Assembly (NCBI GenBank): GCA_905178155.1
Contig: CAJINV010000018.1
Coordinates: 254,479-318,478, forward strand
DNA length: 64,000 nucleotides
Reading direction: 5' to 3'
Source of the DNA: Amoebophrya sp. A120
Taxonomy: Eukaryota > Protista > Dinoflagellata
Below the pieces are notes generated by a model. That model was not told the origin of the DNA, made no database searches, and saw only the letters and a list, made by a program, of their open reading frames with translations. Shown here piece after piece: positions 48,761 through 59,500 of this stretch (positions within the stretch are counted from its first letter, which is position 1; the number at the start of each line of letters is the position of its first letter). The translations under genes were made by a program, and so were the position numbers.

Positions 48761-49595
48761 CGTCGGCTATTTCTTTTGAGTTCTAGTACTAGTAACCAAG
48801 GAAGCAGGTGCTTCCATTTCTCCCTCTGAGTGCGCTTCTCTTGTGGGCTACTGTGCAGGAACGATGAAGACCGGACAGCGGAAAGCGAAACTTTATGCAA
48901 AACACATCAACAAGAAGCAGGAGTCCGGTGAGACTTTTTTTGTTCATCTTGTACTTCTAGGTAGCGCCAGCACTCCAACATGTCGTCCCTCTTGAAAATC
49001 AATACCCTGGCGGGTTCGGGAAAGCAGTAAGTATACAACTCCACTCGCAACATGAGATTTTCCGACCCGGTGAACTGTGCCTCGAATCAGCACCAGTTTA
49101 CGATGCATCAACAAGAAAGGTTGTTGCATATTACCCGGCAAAGTCGAACACCGGGACAGGCAAGTAAGACAGATACATAAAAATAGCACAGCCCTGCACC
49201 TCACTTTGAAATTTCAAACGTGGTATGCATATTTTTTACTTCACGAACTTGATGAAAACTACAGCCGAATCTTTCATTCTATATTCGCCTATCAAAAAAA
49301 CGACCACGCAGCCAACGCTTTCACCATAGCGCAGTGTTAGAAGAACTGACGTACTGTAGTCAGCTGCATACTGTAACTGTTGCCTTGTAGTTTGTTTCCA
49401 TTCAAAGGATGCCGTCGTGTTCCATTCAAAGCGATGCTAGACGCTGCCGCACAGGTCTAGTGCTAGATGATTGTTTAATATTTCCGTTGCTCTACCAAAG
49501 AAGTGGTTTGATGTCGCTGGTGCCCTCGAACAAGAAAGATTCATGTATACAATCGATGATCCTTGTAAACATCATGTATACTCTTCCACCCTCTC

Positions 49596-52500
49596 TTACA
49601 TCCTATTCGTCAATGTCGTGATCATCAAGATCGCAGTCGCCACGTTGGTGCTCGCCCCACGGATTTGCACCTCCCGCATGTTGTCTTTTCGGTCGCCCTT
49701 GCGGTCCGTCGTGATTTCGCAGTTTGACGACTGCTATCAAATGCAAATATGTCTGGGTCTGGAAGGATGCAAACTTCTCATGCATATTTGCCATGCCATA
49801 TGAGACTTGGAATGTAGGGCCTAGCATGACAGGTTCTGCGACGTCTGGTCTCTATCATGCCTATGTATCCTGCATGACAGACTGCCTCTAAACTTGTTCA
49901 AAAGTGGACAGCTTACTTTTGGTAGTCATGCAACACAAATTTTTTGTACGATGCAGACTTAGCATGACAAGTTCATGTTTTGCCAAACCCAGACATATTT
50001 GCAATGCGTAACTGCCGAATTTTGTTGATCTCTTCCCCGTTCCGGCCGATGATCTTTCCCATTATCCTGAGTGAAAACGTCCCCACCCCATAGTTGTAAT
50101 GCTAAAAGGAATTGCAGCACACTTTGCCCCCCCCTCTGCCCCAGGCCGCAGATGGCTTGACACGCAGGGGGGGTAGGTCAGGCGGACACCGAAGAGCCAT
50201 CACCATCATCTCCCGGCCGCTCCATACTATACTCGCAAACAACCAACTTTTCGCCACCAACCAACTTTTTTGCCAACCACCAACATTTTTTGCCAACAGT
50301 ATCAACCTCATTTCCTACCAACTTTGCCAACATCCTACACGCACACACTGTACAAGGAGCAAGCCAGGCTACCAGCAAGAAACATTGCATGGGAGCCTGC
50401 AGTAGCACCTTTGAATTACTATACGGGAGGAAGCAAACCCCATAGTTGTATATGCAAATCCGCACGCTGAAAGTGTTTCTGATGCGGACCCCCACGGGAA
50501 GCATGCACTAGTCGCGTTTCGAAATTTGTCATGCTCCAATAAGCATAACGCGCTAGGTCTGTGATGCTGCTGAACTAGCTAAACAGGATTACACTAGGAG
50601 GCCAAACTTGTCATGCACATCTCCCAAAACTTGGAGATTTGTGTTGCAGATTTGCCAACTTGACTATGATGTGGGGACGTTTTTACATCGGATACCCATC
50701 GTGTTTTCCTTCACCTGCAGGGTGCACACGCACTCCAGTTCGGTCGCCGATCTTATCCTGAGTAAAAATGTCCCCACACTAGAGTGGTCATGCAAATCTG
50801 CATGCCAAAAAAGTTTCTCATGCTGAGTCCCATGAGAGGCATTTACGAGTCGTGTTTTGGGATCTGGGATGCTATAATCAGCACGATATTCTAGATCTGT
50901 GATGCTGCTGAACTACCTGAACAGGATTACACTACAAGGAAAAACTTGTCATGCGAAACAGCCAAAGCTGGTTGATTTGTCTAGCAGATTTACCATCTTG
51001 ACTCCGGTGTGGGGACGTTTTTACTCAGGATAGATCTCTCGCTGTGTTCTTGGTGGATCTTACTCTGAGTCTGCTGGATCGTTTGGTTGCCGTCCACCCG
51101 CCTGCGCTTCTGGGAGTTGGTACTGGTAAGAACTTGCTGCGTCGGCGCCCCCGGATTGTTGTTGTTGTTTTCGGTGCCGATAATTTCGTCGATCACCACA
51201 TTGGAAGAACCGTTGTTCGCTGTACCTCCGCCGCCCATCGCGAAGGGGTTATTCGCCGGCGCAAAGTGTCAAATGCAAAAATGTCTGGGTCTGGAAGAAT
51301 GCAAGGCTTGTCATGCTTGTCTGGCATGACCCACGATGCTTGTTGTAATGCATGACCCAGCATCACAGATTTTTGGAAGGCTTTCTGATGCCATTTCCGC
51401 ATGACAAATGCCCTCCTCGCGTAGCACAAACGTGGCTCCTGCTCTTGCTGGTCATGCAATACAGATTTTTTTAGACTCCAAAGTTAGCATCACAGTTTCC
51501 ACCTTTCCAGACCCAGACAGTTTTGCATTTGATACAAAGGGGTTGTTCAAATCGGGAAAATTGGTTGTGCTGGCGCCCGCACCGGACAACTCCCGCAGAA
51601 AATCCTCCTCCGGGTTGCTGTCCAGCTTCACCACATCGTCAAAAGTGATGTTCTGGTTGTCCGGCCGCTTTTGCGTCTGCTTGTTCGCGGCGTTGCCGGG
51701 GTTGTTGGCCTTGCTGGCAACGTTGCGCTGGGTCGGGTTGTTGTTGGCCCGGGCTCCCTATCAACTGCAAAAGTGTCTGGGTCTGGAAACTTGTGATGCA
51801 AAAAGTGGATGATAGCCGGACTGCAAAACGCAGCTATGCATCTACAAATTTTTTGGCTGCCATGTCTTACGTATTCCGCATGGCAAACTGCGTTTTTGCA
51901 TCACAGGTAAGAGGGCCTTTTCGTGCCTATGCAACACAGATTCTCGAATCATGCCAGAGAAGCATGACAGACTTTCATTCTTCCAGACCCAGACATTTTT
52001 ACACTTGATACTCCCTGCTGGGCATTGTTGTTCACGCTGACAGAGCGCTGCTGCGCGAGCCCGGCACCGCCCTCCTTCGCCTGCATATGCAAGAAAAAAA
52101 CTGTGTAAGTGTAAATTTGTGTTGCAGAACATGCAACAGAGTTGCGCCTGTCATGCCAGACAGCCATGAGGTCCTCTTTTCATGTGTGTTTTCCTTTACA
52201 AGCCACGCATGACAGGTTTTCTCTGTCATGTAGAGCAAATTTGTGATGCTGTTTCTCGAAAAAAGTTACACTTACACACTTTTTTTCTTGGATACTGCAG
52301 GTTGATCAAACACTGCTCCAGCACTATTGTGAGGAAAAATCCCCCCTCCCATACCAAAAAGGGGCACTTCTGAAAATTTGCGATGCTGATTAGTGACCAC
52401 AAATCGCCTCTGTATTGCAAGAAGGCGAATCCAGATACTCCGCCGCGTTTTGCAGGCAATTTGTAATGTTGCATGGCCTACAGAGGACGCGCCTGCCTTG

Positions 52501-54229
52501 CTAGGCGCCTACACGAAAGCACCCGGCTCAGACTTTACATCTGCCTGCAGTCCTTCACTGCAAGACAAATCCGATTTGTGTACACAAATCCAGCATCACA
52601 GATTTCCTTTTCGATATGGGGAGGGGGGATTTTTTCTTTTGATAAGCACGTCGGCAATGCTCACCGCAGCCTCCTGTAACTCGATAGAAGAGCCGACGAG
52701 ATAGAAGTACCTGACGTGATTGTTTGTATCAATCAAGCAGCTTCATCTTCAACATGCATGACACATTCAACTACTGCGCTGACAGATTTTGAATGAGAAG
52801 TTTTCTACTCAAAAATGTTCACTTCACACGGCCTGTTTGAACCATAAACAGCTATAGTAATATTTTACCTGTACACCCGATCACTTTCGTCATTCTTCAC
52901 GTCAAATTGGCACTTCGGCCACTCTGCCCGCCACCCATTCAGATTCGCGCCACCCTTGCCGATCAGGCCTCCCGCGATCTTGATCGGAATCTTTAATTGA
53001 ACGGTCAACCGGTTTATCAATTAAAAATATGTCTCAGTCTGGAATATTGCCAGGTTTGTCATGCATACTCTGCATGACTCACACCCAGCATGTCTGTAAT
53101 GCACGACCTAGCATCCAGATTTTTAGAGGGCTCCCTGATGCAGCCTATTCCGCATGAGAAATGCCCCTGTAGTTCCGCGTTGCAAGAGCTGGCGGACTCC
53201 TGTTGCTGGTCATGCAATACAACTCTTTCTAGAATCCAAACACAGCATCACAAGTTGTAACCTTCCAGATGACCCAGACATGTATTATTTGCATGCAATA
53301 CGGTTCACCAAATTCGGGTTTTTCTGCGCGAATTATTGAGAGGAAAAATCGCCCCTCCCCATACTGAAAAGGTATATTTTTGGAAATTTGTGATGCTGAT
53401 TTGTGGTCACAAATCGTGTCTGTCTTGCAAGAAGGCAACTCCGCAGGCTCCGCTGCATTGTGCAGGCGGTTTGTCATGCTGTTGGGCCTGCAGCGTGGAT
53501 GTTTTTCATGCTAAGTGCCTAGGCCAAAGCCTCGCTACTCACACTTCGTCAGGGCCTGCAGTGCTCTCCAGCAAGACAGCTCGGATTTGTGTACACAAAT
53601 CCAGCATCAGAAATTTCGTTTTGATATGGGGAGGGGGGATTTTTCCTTTCGATACGAATTTCTCGTCCAAGTGCAACGACTTGATCACCTCACAGAACGC
53701 ATCCTATGTAAAAACGTTCCCACCCCAGAGTTGTCATGCTAAGCAAAATGCGACGCACTTTGCCCACCCCAGAGTTGTCATGCAAATGCGCAATGACAGG
53801 AACGTTTGTAATGCGCATCCCCACGAGAGGCATGATTTCCAGTCGTGTTTTTGCATTTGTAATGCTGTAAGCTGAAACAGGATCAGAAAGTGGCTTTCTC
53901 ATGCGGCTTTCCTTGCTAACCAGCACTACACTGCAGATGGAAACTTGTCATGCAGAACGCCCAAAACTTGGAGACTTGTGTTGTGGATTTCCAATCTTGA
54001 CTCTGGTGTGGGGACATTTTTAGTCAGGATAGAACGCACACCACATCTGCACCCACTCCCCGTGGATCTTCAACAAGCGAAACCCATTCCGGGCGGCCTC
54101 GCGGTCGGTCTGGATTTTTATACCATCGAAGCTCTGGCGAATTTCGCTCATGCGGCTGCCGCCCTGGCCGATGATGCAGCCAAAAGCCTCCTGGGGGAGG
54201 TAGGCCTCGATGGAGTCGAGGGAGGTCAT
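49596..54229 (-). CDS. Triple KH-domain RNA-binding protein (PCBP/hnRNP K/Nova-like layout), 416 aa, 12 exons
   Basis: Exons 54229-54032, 53694-53655, 53328-53301, 53009-52869, 52710-52645, 52319-52295, 52080-52011, 51753-51535, 51261-51033, 50748-50695, 50057-50011, 49729-49596 = 1251 nt. Three GxxG loops: FGCIIGQGGSRMSEIRQ, AGGLIGKGGANLN, MGKIIGRNGEEINKIRQ. 10 introners plus 1 GT-AG intron; N/Q-rich linker between KH2 and KH3. Confidence 0.9.
49735..50010. mobile_element. Introner family A
   Basis: TIR A; TSD ACTGC. Confidence 0.9.
50063..50694. mobile_element. Introner family B carrying a 334-bp secondary insertion
   Basis: TIR B; TSD CCCAT; insert 50103-50436. Confidence 0.88.
50754..51032. 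mobile_element. Introner family B
   Basis: TIR B; TSD GATCT. Confidence 0.9.
51267..51534. mobile_element. Introner family A
   Basis: TIR A (left end TGT variant); TSD CAAAG. Confidence 0.9.
51759..52010. mobile_element. Introner family A
   Basis: TIR A; TSD CTCCC. Confidence 0.9.
52086..52294. mobile_element. Introner family F
   Basis: TIR F; TSD CTGCA. Confidence 0.9.
52325..52644. mobile_element. Introner family D
   Basis: TIR D; TSD AGCAC. Confidence 0.9.
52711..52868 (-). other. Canonical GT-AG intron (158 nt) in the KH gene
   Basis: TACAG|GTAAAA...GTCAG|GTAC; removal completes KH2 (DRVYR-YFYLVGSSIELQEAA). Confidence 0.85.
53015..53300. mobile_element. Introner family A
   Basis: Diverged TIR A; TSD CGGTT. 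Confidence 0.85.
53334..53654. mobile_element. Introner family D
   Basis: TIR D; TSD CGAAT. Confidence 0.9.
53700..54031. mobile_element. Introner family B carrying a 23-bp insertion with a 21-bp duplication
   Basis: TIR B (left end CAT variant); TSD GAACG. Confidence 0.88.
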
Positions 54230-55897
54230 GGTCGTGTGGTCGAGCTAGATAGGGACGTCGAGATAGTTAAATTTTCTTGGAAGAAAATGCTCTGTGGTCG
54301 GTGCGTCGAAACAGACGCTGCTGGGAAGATCCACTAATGTAATTTATCAACGTGTCGCATGAATTGTGAAACAAGAGGAAGACTTACTTTCGTGGTCTCG
54401 ACAAAATCAAGTGCGATCCAGGTACTATGGAAAGCGTTCCGCCGTTCTAAGTTGACCTCCCTTGTATCGTATCAAAGCAAAAGCTTCCAGCTTCTACGAC
54501 AATTGGTACGAGTAATAGATCGATGCTTCGTGATGTTTCCATTTTTAATATTCGTCCAACTGTTAGAGTTAGTCAAAGTCGCCTGACAATACTTTGAAAA
54601 CAAAAATGTGATTGAAAGCAAAAAAAGGATCACAAAGATGTTCTGGCCGGAATTCTCTTACCGGGATAATTTCTCGTGCTTACAGTTGAAGATCTCTGCT
54701 GAAGATCATTGATGGGTCGTGGAGCGGGCGTGGCAGAGTCACACTTCTTTTTCTTTGCGGAAGTAGACGGCGCAGCGGATCTCGCAAACAAAAGTTCTTC
54801 GTTTTGCATTCTTCGGGAGCGAGGAGTCAACATGAGCATATTATACATTTTTGCTTGTAGGCTACAAAACGAGGGAGATGTTGATGTCGGTTTTCTACCT
54901 CTGGTCGAACACCCGCTGTATTCACAATCTATTGGGAGCATTGGCCACGAGTAGAAAATTCTTCAGTCATCAGATATTGCCCTTGAAACGGTTGACAGGA
55001 CGTTCTTCACAAGATCTTCACTTCGAGCTAACTTTAATGTCTCGACGTGCGAAAGGGACAAATCCACGCGGATAGATACCTTTTCGCACTGCTGATGCAT
55101 ATATTATATCGAAGTACTTATCGAATGTGTAGTTGCCTGTTGCACACACATGTTTCCCACGTTGGAAAAAACCTATTTCCAGACATGAAAGTGCGGCGCA
55201 ACTTTGTTTTCCTAACAGCAAAATCGAAGTTTAGAAATGCTGCTTCTCGTTATATTTCTGGAGGAGTCTAGTACTTCGCATCGCATTTAGACAACAGTGG
55301 AATTATTATGCGTCGACTTCCCGATCTTTATCTCTGACGAGCAAACAAATACAGTATTCGTTATGTGTTCGTGCAAGAATAGAAGTAGTGCGCCAAGTAG
55401 AATTGTAAAATAAGCGAGTTGTGCCGTATATCAACGCACACGCGATCCTTAGATTTGATTTACATGAAGTTTTCGCTGTTCGATGCAGGTGCTGTCTATA
55501 ATTCTTTTACAAAAGGCAAAAAAAGATCGTTAGGTGTCTTCAAACGAGATTCTTTCTGTGCGCTTTGTAAAAAGGTATCAACAACATCATTGGTTGCCGA
55601 GTTAACAGATATAATGCAGCTCATTGTCCACGATAAAAATCTTTAGTATAATTCTTCTTTCTATCAAAATATCTCTGAGTAGTTTATCGTGCGTGGATTA
55701 GATGAGAAGTTTCAAAATCATACACGTACATCAAAAAGCTTTGTTGAAAAACAAGCAGAACCTCCGAGGCTGCAGCATCGGGGAACCTGCCGTGACATAA
55801 AACGAGGACGCCAAGGAAGGGCGAGAAATTAGGTCGAGAAAACTTGCAAGGGGCAAATTGATAGTAGATTTTTGTTCGAAACAATACATGATACTGC

Positions 55898-56093
55898 GAT
55901 TAGAGTTGAGGTATTTCATCTAGACATTTTGATAATGTGATTAGAGTTGAGGTATTTCATCTAGACATTTTGATTGAAGTTTGTTTGTTTGTTTGTGTTC
56001 ATGCGTGAAGGTGGGAACGCGTTTACACACCTTTTTTCCTCTAGCGCTATGAGGAATTTGATTAAAGTTGAGGAATTTGATCTAGACATTTTG
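55898..56093. repeat. 36-bp repeat (2 exact copies, 1 degenerate) and a short GTTT microsatellite
   Basis: GATTAGAGTTGAGGTATTTCATCTAGACATTTTGAT at 55898 and 55939; degenerate copy at ~56060. Confidence 0.8.
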
Positions 56094-56564
56094 GTTCTGA
56101 TAATGACAAGATAAGAAGAAAAATCTCAATTATTTCCGTTGTAGTTTATTCCGAATAGCGATATCCGCTTTTTGTAGTTTTGTAGAAAGGCTATTTCATC
56201 TGCATCTGCACACGCCGGTGGGAGTATTTTGATGTCCCAGCATTTTGCTTCCGGCGAAAAAAAAAGCAGAAAATATATATAAAGGTGCTAAAGAGCGTAG
56301 GGGTAGGTGCAATACTGACGGCTCCAATGTGAATCACGACCAGCATCAGACCTACACATCAGATACTAGCACCTGGGTTGCATTCTTTTGTTTTTTGGCG
56401 TGCATGCGTCCCCTACATTTTGCAGGGTTCGACTTTTTGTCGAACCTTGTGGGGGAAAAACATCGCCATCATAGTGTCATCAGCATGAGGTCCTCGTGGG
56501 ACATCAACTGCTAGGATTTGTTATATGCGAACATATTTTCCTTTCGATTTTCGTGTGGATACTA

Positions 56565-59500
56565 TCAATTCGGTTTCCACCACCCCACATGTGGAACAAT
56601 GGTGTGCGCCGCCACTTCATCCCGGGTCCAGCGCCTCTGGCGATTCTGCCTCGGTGCAGCGCCACTTGCGTTCGCGGCGTGAAAGCCGGCAGCGGTCGGG
56701 TCCACCGTGGACATCTTCACTAAGCCCAGGTGTTTCTTCACCATGCGCAGTTGCGGATTGTGCTTCAAGTTCCAGCGGTCGGCCCCGAGATGGGTGTTTT
56801 CCGCGACGAGAATAGCCTCCTTCAAGAAATTCGCATAGGAAAACCCGGTGATCTCACTGGACCCTGTATCCTGTGCAAAAGTGTCGCACTCGTACAAATG
56901 CTAACGCAAGTCTTGATCTTGTTTCCAAGGCAAATCTGCATTACAAAATTCATTTGTCATGCTAAGGAAATTTGTAATGCATTTATACGAGTACGATACT
57001 TTTGCAGTTCATACCCTGGAGTGTATTGCAGCGTTTGGGCCGGGGTGGGCTCAGAGCCTGGAGCGGAGGAGAGCGGGGAGACCTGAAGTTGTTTTTTTGA
57101 AGGGAGGTGGATTTTGCAGGAACGGAGCCTATGGCTTTATCTGCAGCAGGAGGAGGAAAGAAAATTATACCAATAAATTATGCAACATGACCGATTCAAT
57201 TTGGGATCATGTGGTACTCAAGAACATATATTTCAGAAATAAATGTTCGGACTTTCACGTCCTATAATGCAACATTTCAATGAAATGTTGCTGCCTCTAC
57301 AAATAAAGCATACGTAAAAAGAGCCTACACATCTATCAAGGTGGAGGCAGCCCGCCTGCTAGACAGATTTAACATTTCTGTCATCTCGTCCGATTATCAA
57401 TACCTTAAAGTCCCCGTGCTTCAGCAGCCGCTCCACCGCGTTGTTCTCATCGTCTCCGAGCTCCTTGGACGCCGTCCCGCCCAGCAGCACCTTGTGCCGC
57501 TGGATCGCCTTCCTCAACCCGCCGGCGGACCGGGACAGAATCGTTGCTTCCGCGAAAATCACGGCTCTTCTCCGCACGTCCACGACCACCCCGACCTGTT
57601 CCAGCAGAGAGGTTATCAAATGCAAATATGTTTAGGTCCGGAAGATTGCAAGATTTGCCACGCATATTTTGCATGATCCATAATGCCTGTAATGCATGGC
57701 CTAGCATCACAGATTTTCAGAGCGCTTCCTCATGCCTATTCCGCATGACAAATGCCATCTCCGCGGAGCACAAAATCTATTTCTCTCACTGGTCATGCAA
57801 TACAAATTTTTTTCGAATCCAGAGACAGCATGACAAGTTTAGAATCTTCCAGACCCAGACATTTTTGCATTTGATAGAGGTCAAGTCCTTCTTGTACTGC
57901 ACGTACGAATCATCCGCCCAGATCCTGTCGTCCGCTTTGGGCCGGTGCAGCGACGTATGAATTGCAAAAGTATAATCGTACTCGTATAAATGCATTACAA
58001 ATTTCCTCCGCATGAGAAATAAAATTTGTAATGCGGATTTGCCTTAACCTTAAGAACAAGATTTGTAATGCATGATTGCAAAAATACGAGTACGATACTT
58101 TTGCACAGGATACGACGGCAATGTCCTCGACTCGTCCCGAATCTGCTCCGTGTGCCAGGGGGACCGGTGCACAAACTGCCGCTCGATTTGCTCGGGGTCG
58201 TATTTAGTACTCGCAGTGTGGTCCAACACCGCGGGATCCCAGCTCTGGTGGAAGTTCCAGTACTCGTAGAGCGCCGGGAAAATCTTCTCTTTCCCCTCTT
58301 CGCGGAAGAGTTCCTGCGCCTGCTTTAGCTCCAAAGCACCGGTCGCCGGGTACCAGCATTTGTTGTCCGAAGAAGCAATGCTGTTAAACCCTAAATTGTC
58401 GGTGATGAAGTACTATGCATGGCAAATATCAGTCTGGGTCACTCCTGGATAATGAAACTTGTGCTGCTAGTAGTTCCTGAATGGCAAACGCACTTCTGAC
58501 ATATGCAGCATGACAATCTTATTTCTCTCCGCTCCCACTTGTTTCGCTTTCCGCATGGCATGGCAAACTGCATTTTTGCATGACCGACAGGAGGCAAGGT
58601 TGTGTGGTCCCTGCGGATGCATTTTTACAGATTCAAGAGTTATGTGCTGGGACAAGCATGATAAAGTTGCATTCTTCCAGACCCAGCAGACTACATATTT
58701 TCACTTGATAAATATTCCCGAAACAGCATCTCCTTCTTCCTTTTCGGAAGCTTAAACGCCTGTTCCCCGGAGTGGCACTGCTCAACAACACCGCTGTTCG
58801 AGGTGGAGACTAGCTGCGCCGTGAATCGTGCCGCCTCGATGTCGGTGACGAAAATTAGTTTCTCTTTCATCTCTATGAGAGTGCACAACTCCCCCTCCCC
58901 CTCATTTGCGTTGCATGAACAGCAACACAAGCGCTGGCAAAGATGCAGCTTTTGCATGACAAATTCCGAGGAGACTGTAGTGCTGTTTTGGATTCCCGAA
59001 TCTGTCATGCAAACAGCGCTAACAGGCAAAGGGTGGATTTGGAATTTTGCATGACAAATGAGGGGGAGGGGGAGTTGTGCACGTTCATAATCTCTAACTG
59101 CCGCACCCGCTGCCAATTGTTCCAGATGTCCGTGACTTTCTGCGGGAGAAAATCTGTGGCGATCACCGGGATACCATCCTTGTATTTTTTGCCCAGAAGA
59201 GCCCGGTTCAGATTTTTTGTGTGCAGGTCCGGGTTGATTTCGTACAAGGTCTTATCCTGAGTAAAAACGTCCCCATACCAGAGTTGTATATGCAGATTTG
59301 CAAAGACAGGAAGACTTGTAATGCGCATCCGCATGAGAGCCATTTCCAATCGTGATTTGGAATTTGTGATGCTGTGAACAGGATGAGCAGACGAATCTGT
59401 GATGCAACTGCACTTGCTAGCATGCACTACACTGCAGAGTGCAACTTGTCATGCGTGACTCACAAAACTCCTAGGTTTGTGTTGCAAAATGCCCATCCTG

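Noticed and set aside
49596-49598. Ciliate germline DNA with reassigned stop codons
   Set aside because: Exons read openly in the standard code and the KH gene ends at TAA just after KH3. An IES-like mechanism remains only an analogy.
33490-54400. Relic dinoflagellate spliced leader (CCGTAGCCATTTTGGCTCAAG) upstream of start codons
   Set aside because: No convincing match seen by eye on the minus strand.
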